Source: an uncultured Alphaproteobacteria bacterium
Lineage (GTDB): Bacteria; Pseudomonadota; Alphaproteobacteria; Rhizobiales; Kaistiaceae
DNA length: 64,000 nucleotides
Assembly (NCBI GenBank): GCA_963732845.1
Contig: CAVTBE010000012.1
Coordinates: 25,090 to 89,089, forward strand
Direction of reading: 5' to 3'
This document shows, one piece after another, positions 18,680 to 26,797 of this stretch. The notes under the pieces were generated by a model, which saw only the letters and a list, made by a program, of their open reading frames with translations, did not search any database and was not told the origin of the DNA. Each line of letters begins with the position of its first letter. Within the stretch, counting starts at the first letter, position 1. The position numbers were made by a program, and so were the translations under genes.

Positions 18680-20554
18680 CTACCCGCTATAGCCGATTGC
18701 CGCCGCCTTGCCGGCGTCGAACCACCAGGTCGTCTCCGGCGTGAAGGCATAGTCCGGCTTCTCCGCCGGCCAGCCGAAGATGTCCCAGTGGGCGACCCGG
18801 TGATCGGCCAGATACCAGCTCGGCGTGACGTATTGTCCGGCCCTCAGCACCCGGTCGAGCGTCTTGAGCAGGGTGACCAGCTCGGCGCGGCTCGCGACGC
18901 CCTGAAGCCGGTCGAGCAGGCCGTCGACCGGCTTGCTCTTGATGCCGGCATAGTTGCGCGATCCCGGCTGCTCGGCGGCCTTGGAGCCGAAGAACTGCGA
19001 CAGGCCGTCGAGCGGCGTGGCGCCGAGATGGAACGCCGCCATGATGACGTCGAAGTCGAAATCGTTGAGCCGCGCCTGATACTGCGCGGGGTCCACCTGG
19101 CGGATCGTCGCGCTCACGCCGATGCGCTTGAGGTTCGCCACCCAGGGGGAGAGCACCCGCTCGAACACGGAGGCGTCGATGAGGAACTCGAAGTCGAGCG
19201 CCTCGCCCTTGTCGTTGACCAGCCTGCCGTCCTTCTGCTGCCAGCCGGCCGCCGCCAGCAGGTCGAAAGCGCGCTTCAGCATGGTGCGGTCGTTGCCCGA
19301 GCCGTCGGTCTTCGGCGGCACATAGGCCTCGCCGAAGGCTTCCGCCGGCAGGTCGGCCCGGTAGGGCTCGAGCAGCGCCAACTCGTCGGGTCCGGGCGTG
19401 CCCTCCGCCATGAAATCCGAGTTCTGGAAATAGGAGAACTCGCGCTGATAGGCGTCGAAGAACAGGTTCTTGTTCGACCATTCGAAGTCGAAGGCGAGCC
19501 CGATCGCCAGGCGCACCCGCGGGTCGGCGAATTTCCCTCGCCGCGTGTTGTAGAAGAAGCTCTGCAGCGAGGCGATCGCCTCCGCCCGAAACAGGCTCTT
19601 CTTGACCTTGCCCTCGGTCAATGCCGGGAAGTCGTAGCCGGTCGCCCAGGTCAGCGAGGTGAACTCCTCGCGATAGGTGATCGCCCCCTTCTTGAAGGCC
19701 TCGAAGGCGCTCTCCCGCTCCTGGTAGAAATCGATGCGGATGACGTCGAAATTGCCCTGGCCGACATTCACCGGCAGGGCGGCGCCCCAATAGTCGGCCA
19801 CGCGCTGATATTCGATGAAGCGGCCCGCCGACAGGTTGCCCACCTTGTAGGCGCCTGAACCCAGCGGCGGGTCGAGCGTCGAGGAATCGAAGGGGTGATC
19901 GGTGTAGTAGGCCCTGGAGAAGATCGGCATGCCGGCGACGGAGAAGATCGTTTCGCGGGTCTGCTTGCCGTCGAGCATCACCTTGACCGTGCGCGGGTCG
20001 CTCGCCTCCGCCTTGGTCATCGGCTGGACCACATCCACGATCGCCGGATGGCCCTTCTCCTTGAGCAGCATCAGCGAGAAGGCGACGTCGTCGGCGGTCA
20101 GCGGCGAGCCGTCGTGGAAGTGCGGCCCCGCGCGCAGGTGGAAGGTGAAGACGTTGCCGTCCTCGGAGACGTCCACCGTCTCGGCGACCAGCCCGTAATA
20201 GGAGCTGGGCTCGTCCGAGGAGCCGGCCATCAGCGTGTCGAAGCAGAGCTCCATGCGCGGCGGCGCATCGCCCTTGAGCACGAAGGAATTGAGCGTGTTG
20301 AAGGTCTGCGGCGACTGGTTATAGACCCAGTTGGGCACGCTGAAATTCATCCGCCCGCCCTTCGGCGCGGCCGTATCGACATAGTCGAAGTGCTTGAAGT
20401 CGGCGGAGTATTTCAGCTCGCCGAAGATCGACAGGCCGTGCAGGCCTTGTCTGCCGGCGGCCCAGGCGAAGGGCGGCAGCAGCGGAGCGGCGAGCGCCGC
20501 GCCGCCGGCGGCCAGTACGCCGCGGCGGGTGAAGCCGCGCGGGCACCGCCTCAC
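18680..20554 (-). CDS. yejA: Family-5 periplasmic substrate-binding protein, YejA-like (paralogue 2)
   Basis: Twin-arginine-like N-terminus '[19 protein letters not shown]'. The start is assigned to GTG overlapping the upstream stop (GTGA at 20551-20554). About 620 aa of SBP_bac_5-type sequence, paralogous to 20551-22443. Confidence 0.8.
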   Translation of the reverse strand: MRRCPRGFTRRGVLAAGGAALAAPLLPPFAWAAGRQGLHGLSIFGELKYSADFKHFDYVDTAAPKGGRMNFSVPNWVYNQSPQTFNTLNSFVLKGDAPPRMELCFDTLMAGSSDEPSSYYGLVAETVDVSEDGNVFTFHLRAGPHFHDGSPLTADDVAFSLMLLKEKGHPAIVDVVQPMTKAEASDPRTVKVMLDGKQTRETIFSVAGMPIFSRAYYTDHPFDSSTLDPPLGSGAYKVGNLSAGRFIEYQRVADYWGAALPVNVGQGNFDVIRIDFYQERESAFEAFKKGAITYREEFTSLTWATGYDFPALTEGKVKKSLFRAEAIASLQSFFYNTRRGKFADPRVRLAIGLAFDFEWSNKNLFFDAYQREFSYFQNSDFMAEGTPGPDELALLEPYRADLPAEAFGEAYVPPKTDGSGNDRTMLKRAFDLLAAAGWQQKDGRLVNDKGEALDFEFLIDASVFERVLSPWVANLKRIGVSATIRQVDPAQYQARLNDFDFDVIMAAFHLGATPLDGLSQFFGSKAAEQPGSRNYAGIKSKPVDGLLDRLQGVASRAELVTLLKTLDRVLRAGQYVTPSWYLADHRVAHWDIFGWPAEKPDYAFTPETTWWFDAGKAAAIGYSG

Positions 20555-22443
20555 TGGGCGCCTCCGGTCTCGGCTGCCTTGGCCGCGTCCCACCACCATG
20601 TGGTCGGGATGCCGAGGTCGAATTTCAGCGTCTTGAAGTCGGGGTGGCCGAAGCGGTTCCAGTAGGCGATGCGCTCGGTCAGGCCGACATAGCTCGGTAT
20701 CACATATTGCTCGGCCATCATCACCCGGTCGAGCGCATGCACCGCCGCCACTTGGCTCTCGCGGTCCTTGGCATAGATGATGCGCTTGATGATCGCGTCG
20801 ACCGCCGGGTCCTTGATGCCGGCATAGTTGCGCGATGCGGCGCTGTCGGCGGCTTCGGAACCCCAGTAGGACATTTGCTCGTTGCCCGGAGAATTGCTTT
20901 GCGCCCAGCCGGCATAGGTCATGTCGAAATCGCGCGAGCGCAGACGGGTGACGAACTGGCTGGAATCGACCGAGCGGAGATTGAGCGTGATGCCGATGCG
21001 CGCCAGCGCCTGCTTGTAGGGCAGCGCGATGCGTTCGATGGTCGGGCCGTTGAGTAGCAGTTCGATCACGATCGGCTTGCCGTCCTTGTCGACGAGCTTG
21101 TTGCCCGCCAGCCTGTAGCCCGCCTCGTTGAGCAGCTTTAGTGCGTTGCCGAGGTTCTCCCGCTGCTTGGCCGCCGTGCCGCCCACCGGATTCTCGTAAG
21201 GCGTGGTGAACACGTCCGCCGGCACTTCGTCCTTCACGGTGTTGAGGATCTCCAGCTCCTTGCCGGTGGGCAGGCCGCTGGCCGCCAGCGGCAGGCCGAA
21301 GAAGAACGAGTTGATGCGCTCGTACTGACCGTAGAACAGGGTGCGGTTCAGATCCTCGAAATCAAACGCATAATTGAGCGCCCGGCGCACCCGCCGGTCC
21401 TGGAAGAACGGCCGGCGCAGGTTCGGCACGAAACCCACCATCACGCCCGAATTCTGCTCGAGCTTGACCTCTTCCTTCTTCACCTTGCCCTGCGTGAGGG
21501 CAGGGAAGTCGTAGGCGGTCGCCCAGCGCTTGGCCTCGTTCTCCCACCAGTAGTCGAAATCGTCGGCCTTGAATGCCTCGAACTCGACATTGAGGTCGCG
21601 ATAATACTCGTAGGCGACCTTGTCGAAGTTATAGCTGCCGACATTGACATTGAGGTCCTTCGCCCAGAAGTCGGGCACGCGCTCATAGGTGATCGAGCGC
21701 CCGGCCTGCACGTCGGCGATGCGATAGGGGCCGGAGCCCAGCGTCGGCTCCAGCGTGCCCTTGCCGATGTCGCGTTTGTTGCCGTTGGCGTCGGTGCCTT
21801 GCCACCAGTGCTTGGGCAGGATGAGCAGCTCGCCGACGATTTCCGGCAGTTCGCGGTTGCCCTTCTGGTCGAAGACGAAGGTCACCTGGTCGGGCGCCGT
21901 TGCCTCCACCGTCTTGACGTGCTGGTAGTAGAAGCGCTGGCTCTGGTTGAGCTTGACCGTCTGCTCGAACGACCACACCACGTCGTCGACGGTGATCGGC
22001 TGACCGTCATGCCATTTGGCGTTCGGGTTGATCCGGTAGGTGACGTAGGAATAGTCGGCCGGGTAACGCAGCGCGTCGGCGATCTCGCCATATTCGGCGG
22101 CGATGTCGGCTTCGTCGATCGCCCGCGTGGTCAGCGACTGGTAGATCAGCCCGAGCCCGTCGGCGATGACTCCCTTGTCGAGGATCGGATTGAGCGTGTC
22201 GAAGGTCTGGCCGGTGCCCGACAGGCGCACGGTGCCGCCCTTCGGCGCGTCCGGGTTGACGTAGTTGAAATGGGCGAAGCCTTGCGGATAACCGGGCTCT
22301 CCGATCAGGCTGACGGCGTGATGCCATTCGCCTGGCGGCGGCAACCCGTCCGGACCCTGGGCTCCGGGACTTTCCGCGGATGCGGCGACCGCGCTTGCCG
22401 CAAGGGCGGCAAGCGCCGCGATGGTCGTCGTAATCCTCTTCAT
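20551..22443 (-). CDS. yejA: Family-5 periplasmic substrate-binding protein, YejA-like (paralogue 1)
   Basis: Signal peptide 'MKRITTTIAALAALAASAVAASA' from ATG 22441-22443. Alignable along its length with the downstream paralogue (e.g. 'FDYWWENEAKRWATAYDFPALTQGKVKK' versus '[26 protein letters not shown]'). Confidence 0.85.
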   Translation of the reverse strand: MKRITTTIAALAALAASAVAASAESPGAQGPDGLPPPGEWHHAVSLIGEPGYPQGFAHFNYVNPDAPKGGTVRLSGTGQTFDTLNPILDKGVIADGLGLIYQSLTTRAIDEADIAAEYGEIADALRYPADYSYVTYRINPNAKWHDGQPITVDDVVWSFEQTVKLNQSQRFYYQHVKTVEATAPDQVTFVFDQKGNRELPEIVGELLILPKHWWQGTDANGNKRDIGKGTLEPTLGSGPYRIADVQAGRSITYERVPDFWAKDLNVNVGSYNFDKVAYEYYRDLNVEFEAFKADDFDYWWENEAKRWATAYDFPALTQGKVKKEEVKLEQNSGVMVGFVPNLRRPFFQDRRVRRALNYAFDFEDLNRTLFYGQYERINSFFFGLPLAASGLPTGKELEILNTVKDEVPADVFTTPYENPVGGTAAKQRENLGNALKLLNEAGYRLAGNKLVDKDGKPIVIELLLNGPTIERIALPYKQALARIGITLNLRSVDSSQFVTRLRSRDFDMTYAGWAQSNSPGNEQMSYWGSEAADSAASRNYAGIKDPAVDAIIKRIIYAKDRESQVAAVHALDRVMMAEQYVIPSYVGLTERIAYWNRFGHPDFKTLKFDLGIPTTWWWDAAKAAETGGAQ

Positions 22444-22601
22444 GCCGCAGCGGCTCTCCGTGTCCCGGGCCCCACGACGCATATTAAGGGCGTTCCCTGA
22501 GAGAATTACCAGTCGCGGGCCAATTTATGACCGAAAATTAACGCCGGGAACGTGCCCTGCCGGCGACCGGCCGCCGGCACACGGTTTCCGGGCCGCGCCC
22601 G

Positions 22602-23828
22602 CTACTGCGCCGTCGCCGGCGCCTGCGTGCCGCCACTGGTCGGCGCCGCCGGCGCAGGCGCTGCCGCCGGGGCCGCGGGGGCGGGCGTCGTCGTGTCGGC
22701 CGGGGCCGCTGGGGGCTGACCCGACGTGTCTGCCGGTGCCGCCGCACCGTTGCCGGCGGGCGCCGGGGCGCCGCCATCGGCCGCCAGCGGCACCGGATTG
22801 TCGGAGAGCGTGCGCAGATAGGCGACGACGTCGGCCCGCTCCTGCTCCTTCGGGATCCCGGCGAAGGTCATCTTGGTGCCGGGGATGAATTCCCTGGGGT
22901 TGGTCAGGAAGTGGTTGAGGTTGTCATAGGTCCAGGTGAAGTCGGTCTTGCCCTTGTCCTGGAAGGCCTGGGAGTAGTCGTAGCCGGTCTGCGGACGGAT
23001 GATCGGCGTGCCGACCACGCCGTAGAGGTTGGGGCCGACCTTGTTCGGCTGGCCCTTTTCCAGCGTGTGGCAGGCCAGGCACTTCTTGGCCGAGGCCTCG
23101 CCCTTGGTGACGTCGCCGTTCTTCACCTCTTCGACGAAACTTGCCGGCTGTGCACCAGCGCCATTGGCGCCGGCGTTGGCGGCCGGGGCGGGCGTCTCGG
23201 CCTGCGCCGTGTTGCTGGCGCCGCCGGCTGTCGGCGCCTGCGAGGCATTGGCGCTGCCGGCCGGCGGTGGCGGCGGCAGCGGCACCGGATTGTCGGAGAG
23301 CGTGCGCAGATAGGCGATCACGTCGGCGCGCTCGTCCGGTTTCTTGAGGCCGGCAAACGACATCGCCGTCCCTGGAATGTCCTTGCGCGGATCGGTCAGG
23401 AACGTGTCGAGATTCTCATAGGTCCAGGTGAAGCCGGCCTTGCCCTTGTCCTGGAAGGCGGCGGAATAGTTGAAGCCGGTTTCCGGGCGGATGATCGGTG
23501 TGCCGATCACGCCGTAGAGGTTGGGGCCGACCTTGTTCGGCTGGCCTTTGTCCAGGGTGTGGCAGGCCAGGCATTTCTTGGCCGCCGCCGCGCCCTTCGT
23601 GGGATCGGCCGTTTGCAGGCGTGCCGCGATCGAGGCCACCTGCTCGCCGCCGCCCGTCCCGCCGCTGGCGCCACCCGCCCCGCCGGTGTCGCTGACCGCG
23701 ATCACGAAGCCGGGCTTCTCCGCCGCGGTCGGCGTATAGATGGCCTCCGAAATGATGCTCACGGCCATGACGCCGAGGCCCGTTGCGAGAACCGCACCGG
23801 CAATCTTGTTGAGTTCGAAAGAGTCCAT
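22602..23828 (-). CDS. Membrane-anchored di-haem cytochrome c (two tandem CycM-like class I domains)
   Basis: N-terminal TM anchor 'NKIAGAVLATGLGVMAVSIISEAIY'. Two 'KKCLACHTL(D/E)KGQPNKVGPNLYGV(I/V)GTPIIRP' haem-binding units, each followed by a Met ligand region ('PGTAMSFAG'/'PGTKMTFAG') and a Pro/Ala-rich linker. Start at ATG 23826-23828. Confidence 0.85.
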   Translation of the reverse strand: MDSFELNKIAGAVLATGLGVMAVSIISEAIYTPTAAEKPGFVIAVSDTGGAGGASGGTGGGEQVASIAARLQTADPTKGAAAAKKCLACHTLDKGQPNKVGPNLYGVIGTPIIRPETGFNYSAAFQDKGKAGFTWTYENLDTFLTDPRKDIPGTAMSFAGLKKPDERADVIAYLRTLSDNPVPLPPPPPAGSANASQAPTAGGASNTAQAETPAPAANAGANGAGAQPASFVEEVKNGDVTKGEASAKKCLACHTLEKGQPNKVGPNLYGVVGTPIIRPQTGYDYSQAFQDKGKTDFTWTYDNLNHFLTNPREFIPGTKMTFAGIPKEQERADVVAYLRTLSDNPVPLAADGGAPAPAGNGAAAPADTSGQPPAAPADTTTPAPAAPAAAPAPAAPTSGGTQAPATAQ

Positions 23829-24061
23829 CGTCAACCCGCTCCGCAGCATGTTTCCCGGGACTAGTCGGCCGCGGGTCCTGCGGCCGGAAACATGCGAGAC
23901 ACCCCCCAAGGTGACGGCGTCTGGAATCGTTCCAGGCGCCCGTAGGCGCGGAAACTACAAGCTTTCCGACGCAAGAGGCAACACGTATAAGCCGTCGGGG
24001 TTGAGACGAATTGTCGTCTCTAATCCGCGCCTGATTTGGCCGTTTTGCCGAGACTCCGCCC

Positions 24062-24805
24062 GTGACCGAGCGCGCCATTGTCCTGATTCCCGCCCGTATG
24101 GCCTCTACCCGCCTGCCCGGCAAGCCCCTTGCCGACATCCACGGCCATCCGATGATCGTCCATGTCTGGCGCCGGGCGGTGGAGGCCGGCCTTGGCCGGG
24201 TGGTGGTCGCCACCGACGATCTTTCCATCGCCAGCGTCATCGAGCTGGCCGGCGGCGAGGCGGTGATGACCCGCGCCGACCACCTCAACGGCACCTCGCG
24301 CATCCACGAGGCGCTGCAGCGCATCGGCTCCGACGAGGAGATCGTCGTCAACCTGCAGGGCGACCTGCCCACCGTCTCGCCTGCGACCGTCCAGGCGGCA
24401 CTGGCGCCGCTGGCCCAGCCGCAAGTCGATATCGGCACCATCTGCGCCGTCATCACGCGCGCCGAGGAAAAGACCGACCCCAACGTGGTCAAGGTGGTCG
24501 GCAGCCCGCTGACGCTTGTCGAGGAGGATGCCGGCATCCTGCGGGCCCTTTATTTCACCCGCGCCACCGCGCCCACCGGGCCGGGGCCGCTCTATCACCA
24601 CATCGGGCTTTACGCCTATCGCCGCACCGCGCTGGAGCGCTACGTCACCCTGTCGCCCACCCCGCTCGAACAGCGCGAGCGGCTGGAGCAGCTCCGCGCT
24701 CTGGAGCACGGCATGCGCATCGATGTCGCCATCGTCGACACGGTGCCGCTCGGCGTCGACACCCCCCACGATCTCGAGCGGGCGCGCGAATTGCTCAAGC
24801 CCTGA
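24062..24805 (+). CDS. kdsB: 3-deoxy-manno-octulosonate cytidylyltransferase (CMP-KDO synthetase)
   Basis: '[30 protein letters not shown]' and 'NLQGDLP' are KdsB signatures. GTG start. Confidence 0.9.
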   Translation: MTERAIVLIPARMASTRLPGKPLADIHGHPMIVHVWRRAVEAGLGRVVVATDDLSIASVIELAGGEAVMTRADHLNGTSRIHEALQRIGSDEEIVVNLQGDLPTVSPATVQAALAPLAQPQVDIGTICAVITRAEEKTDPNVVKVVGSPLTLVEEDAGILRALYFTRATAPTGPGPLYHHIGLYAYRRTALERYVTLSPTPLEQRERLEQLRALEHGMRIDVAIVDTVPLGVDTPHDLERARELLKP

Positions 24806-24886
24806 GCTGCGCCGCTTGCTCCCTCCCTCCTCCAAAGGGGAAGCGGAAGGACAGGGCGGTCATCCGAAGGTGCTTGTTGTCTTGCC

Positions 24887-24909
24887 CCCTCTCCCCCTGT
24901 GGGAGAGGG
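24887..24909. repeat. REP-like hairpin CCCTCTCCC-N5-GGGAGAGGG (first part of a modular intergenic element)
   Basis: Perfect 9-bp stem. It is followed by a second hairpin ('ctttcggcct...aggccggaag') and a 'gggtgagggg' box ending near 24975. Confidence 0.8.
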
Positions 24910-25105
24910 CTTTCGGCCTTTGCCGCGCAGGGCGCACAAGCGCCCGAGAGGCTTAGGCCGGAAGGGTGAGGGGGCCCCCGCCGCTTTGGGCATGGCGGCG
25001 ATGGAGCCGGCCGCGCCGGCGCAGGCACGTCCCCCTTCACACTATCAAAGCTTCCCGTTTCCTTGCCCGTGCGCTAAGCCACGGCGCGAAAAAGGGGTGC
25101 GCGTC

Positions 25106-25954
25106 ATGTCCAATTCAAAGACCGTCATTTTCCAGGGCGAGCCCGGCGCCAATTCCGAGGTTGCCGCCCGCGAGGTCTACCCGAAGGCCGAGGCGGTTCC
25201 CTGCCCGACCTTCGAGGATTGCTTCGCCGCGGTCGAGAAGGGCACGGCCGATCTCGCCATGATTCCGATCGAGAATTCGGTCGCCGGCCGCGTCGCCGAC
25301 ATCCACCATCTCCTGCCCAATTCGCGGCTGCACATCATCGGCGAGCACTTTCTGCCCATCCGCTTCCAGCTCATGGCGCCGAAAGGCGCCACGCTGAAGA
25401 CGGTGAAGACCGTCCACAGCCACATCCACGCGCTCGGCCAGTGCCGCAACGTCATCCGCCAGCACCGCTGGAAGACCGTCGTCTCCGGCGATACCGCCGG
25501 TGCCGCCCGCGAGGTCGCCGAGGCCGGCAACATCACCCAGGCCGCGCTCGCCCCGGCCATGGCGGCGGAAATCTACGGCCTCGAAATCCTCAAGGAGAAT
25601 GTCGAGGACGCCGCCCACAACACCACGCGCTTCGTCATCCTGTCCAAGGACGATCAGCGCGCCCGCCGCGGCCGCGGCAAGGTCATCACCACCTTCGTCT
25701 TCCGCGTGCGCAACGTTCCCGCCGCCCTCTACAAGGCGATGGGCGGCTTCGCCACCAACGGCGTCAACATGACCAAGCTGGAGAGCTACCAGCTCGACGG
25801 CAAGTTCTTCGCCACCCAGTTCTATGCCGATGTCGAAGGCCACCCGGACGACCGCCCGCTGGCGCTGGCGCTGGAGGAGCTGGACTTCTTCTCCGCCCAC
25901 GTTCGCATCCTCGGCGTCTACGCGGCCAGCCCGCTCAGGGAAGGGCTGGAGTAG
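25106..25954 (+). CDS. pheA: Prephenate dehydratase
   Basis: 'VIFQGEPGANSE...AMIPIENSVAGRV' (PDT domain) plus a C-terminal ACT-like region. ATG 25106 was chosen because the track ORF extends upstream across the REP element. Confidence 0.9.
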   Translation: MSNSKTVIFQGEPGANSEVAAREVYPKAEAVPCPTFEDCFAAVEKGTADLAMIPIENSVAGRVADIHHLLPNSRLHIIGEHFLPIRFQLMAPKGATLKTVKTVHSHIHALGQCRNVIRQHRWKTVVSGDTAGAAREVAEAGNITQAALAPAMAAEIYGLEILKENVEDAAHNTTRFVILSKDDQRARRGRGKVITTFVFRVRNVPAALYKAMGGFATNGVNMTKLESYQLDGKFFATQFYADVEGHPDDRPLALALEELDFFSAHVRILGVYAASPLREGLE

Positions 25955-25955
25955 G
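25886..25955 (+). repeat. 70-bp direct repeat, copy 1 (authentic 3' end of pheA including the stop)
   Basis: 'ttcttctccgcccacgttcgcatcctcggcgtctacgcggccagcccgctcagggaagggctggagtagg' is 69/70 identical to 26642-26711. Confidence 0.95.
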
Positions 25956-25971
25956 TGAGCTGCACAGGCCT

Positions 25972-25990
25972 CCTCTCCCACAGGGAGAGG
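25972..25990. repeat. REP-like hairpin CCTCTCCC-ACA-GGGAGAGG (module 25970-26040)
   Basis: 8-bp stem. Followed by the hairpin 'ctgttcctct...agaggaacag' and a 'ggtgaggggc' box. Same architecture as the modules at 24887, 26507 (inverted) and 26553. Confidence 0.8.
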
Positions 25991-26108
25991 GCTGTTCCTC
26001 TTGGCGAACGGAGAGAGCCTAGAGGAACAGGGTGAGGGGCCGAAGCCTTAGCGATCACGCACCTTGGGAGCGTAGCGACCTAGGTGCGTGGGGTGAGGGG
26101 CTGACGCC

Positions 26109-26459
26109 TCAGTGATCATGCGCCGCGCGAGCGGCCAGCGTCCGTTCGATCTCGCTGACGACGCCGTCGATATTGTCGAGCACGTCGTTGTTCCAGAAGC
26201 GAAGCACCAGATAGCCGGCCGAGCCGAGGGCATCGGACCGCTGCCGGTCTGCCTCGATTGCTTCTGCATGCTGGCTGCCATCGACTTCAACGACCAGTTT
26301 TGCTTCGACGGAAGCAAAATCAGCAATGAAGGTGCCGATCGGCACCTGCCGGCGAAATTTGACGCCGCCCACCTGTCTGTTGCGCAGCCGCAACCACAGA
26401 CGCCGCTCTGCATCGGTCGCGTTGTGGCGCAGGCGGCGGGCCATCCCGACGGGCTTCAT
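26109..26459 (-). CDS. DUF559 (Vsr-like endonuclease fold) domain protein
   Basis: 'ATDAERRLWLRLRNRQVGGVKFRRQVPIGTFIADFASVEAKLVVEVDGSQH...GYLVLRFWNNDVL' is the DUF559 signature. The start is placed at ATG 26457-26459; the longer track ORF begins inside a REP module. Confidence 0.8.
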   Translation of the reverse strand: MKPVGMARRLRHNATDAERRLWLRLRNRQVGGVKFRRQVPIGTFIADFASVEAKLVVEVDGSQHAEAIEADRQRSDALGSAGYLVLRFWNNDVLDNIDGVVSEIERTLAARAAHDH

Positions 26460-26506
26460 CCCCTCACCCTTTGTGCCTAATTCGCTCTGCTCATAAGGCA
26501 CAAATC

Positions 26507-26525
26507 CCTCTCCCTATGGGAGAGG
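26507..26525. repeat. REP-like hairpin CCTCTCCC-TAT-GGGAGAGG (inverted-orientation module about 26457-26526)
   Basis: 8-bp stem. The 'cccctcaccc' box (reverse complement of gggtgagggg) and the 'tttgtgcct...aggcacaaa' hairpin lie to its left. Confidence 0.75.
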
Positions 26526-26552
26526 CAAATCGTGGCCGATGCTGGCGGACCT

Positions 26553-26571
26553 CCTCTCCCACAGGGAGAGG
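26553..26571. repeat. REP-like hairpin CCTCTCCC-ACA-GGGAGAGG (module 26551-26619)
   Basis: 8-bp stem, followed by 'cttcgcc...ggcgaag' and a 'ggtgaggggc' box. Confidence 0.8.
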
Positions 26572-26641
26572 GCTTCGCCGCTTGTGAGCAGAGCGAACTA
26601 GAGGCGAAGGGTGAGGGGCTGTGGCGTCAATGATGGTGCGG

Positions 26642-26711
26642 TTCTTCTCCGCCCACGTTCGCATCCTCGGCGTCTACTCGGCCAGCCCGCTCAGGGAAGG
26701 GCTGGAGTAGG
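26642..26711 (+). repeat. 70-bp direct repeat, copy 2 (orphan duplicate of the pheA 3' end)
   Basis: 69/70 identical to 25886-25955, with a single g-to-t difference. The low-GC segment begins immediately after it. Confidence 0.95.
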
Positions 26712-26797
26712 GGGGCAGTGCGCCGGCCCAAAATTACGCGGAACGAACGAACTTCTTTAGCCCAAGGCTATCCTTAAAGCCGGGGTGCACTCGAAAA

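Noticed and set aside
22602-23290. Periodic GC-rich Pro/Ala-coding stretches (22610-22790, 23150-23290) that superficially resemble tandem repeats or a CRISPR-like array
   Set aside because: They lie in frame inside the cytochrome c gene as low-complexity linkers. There is no repeat-spacer architecture.
24899-25105. N-terminal extension of pheA in the ORF track
   Set aside because: The extension reads through a REP-like module (24885-24975). The conserved PDT domain begins at MSNSK (25106).
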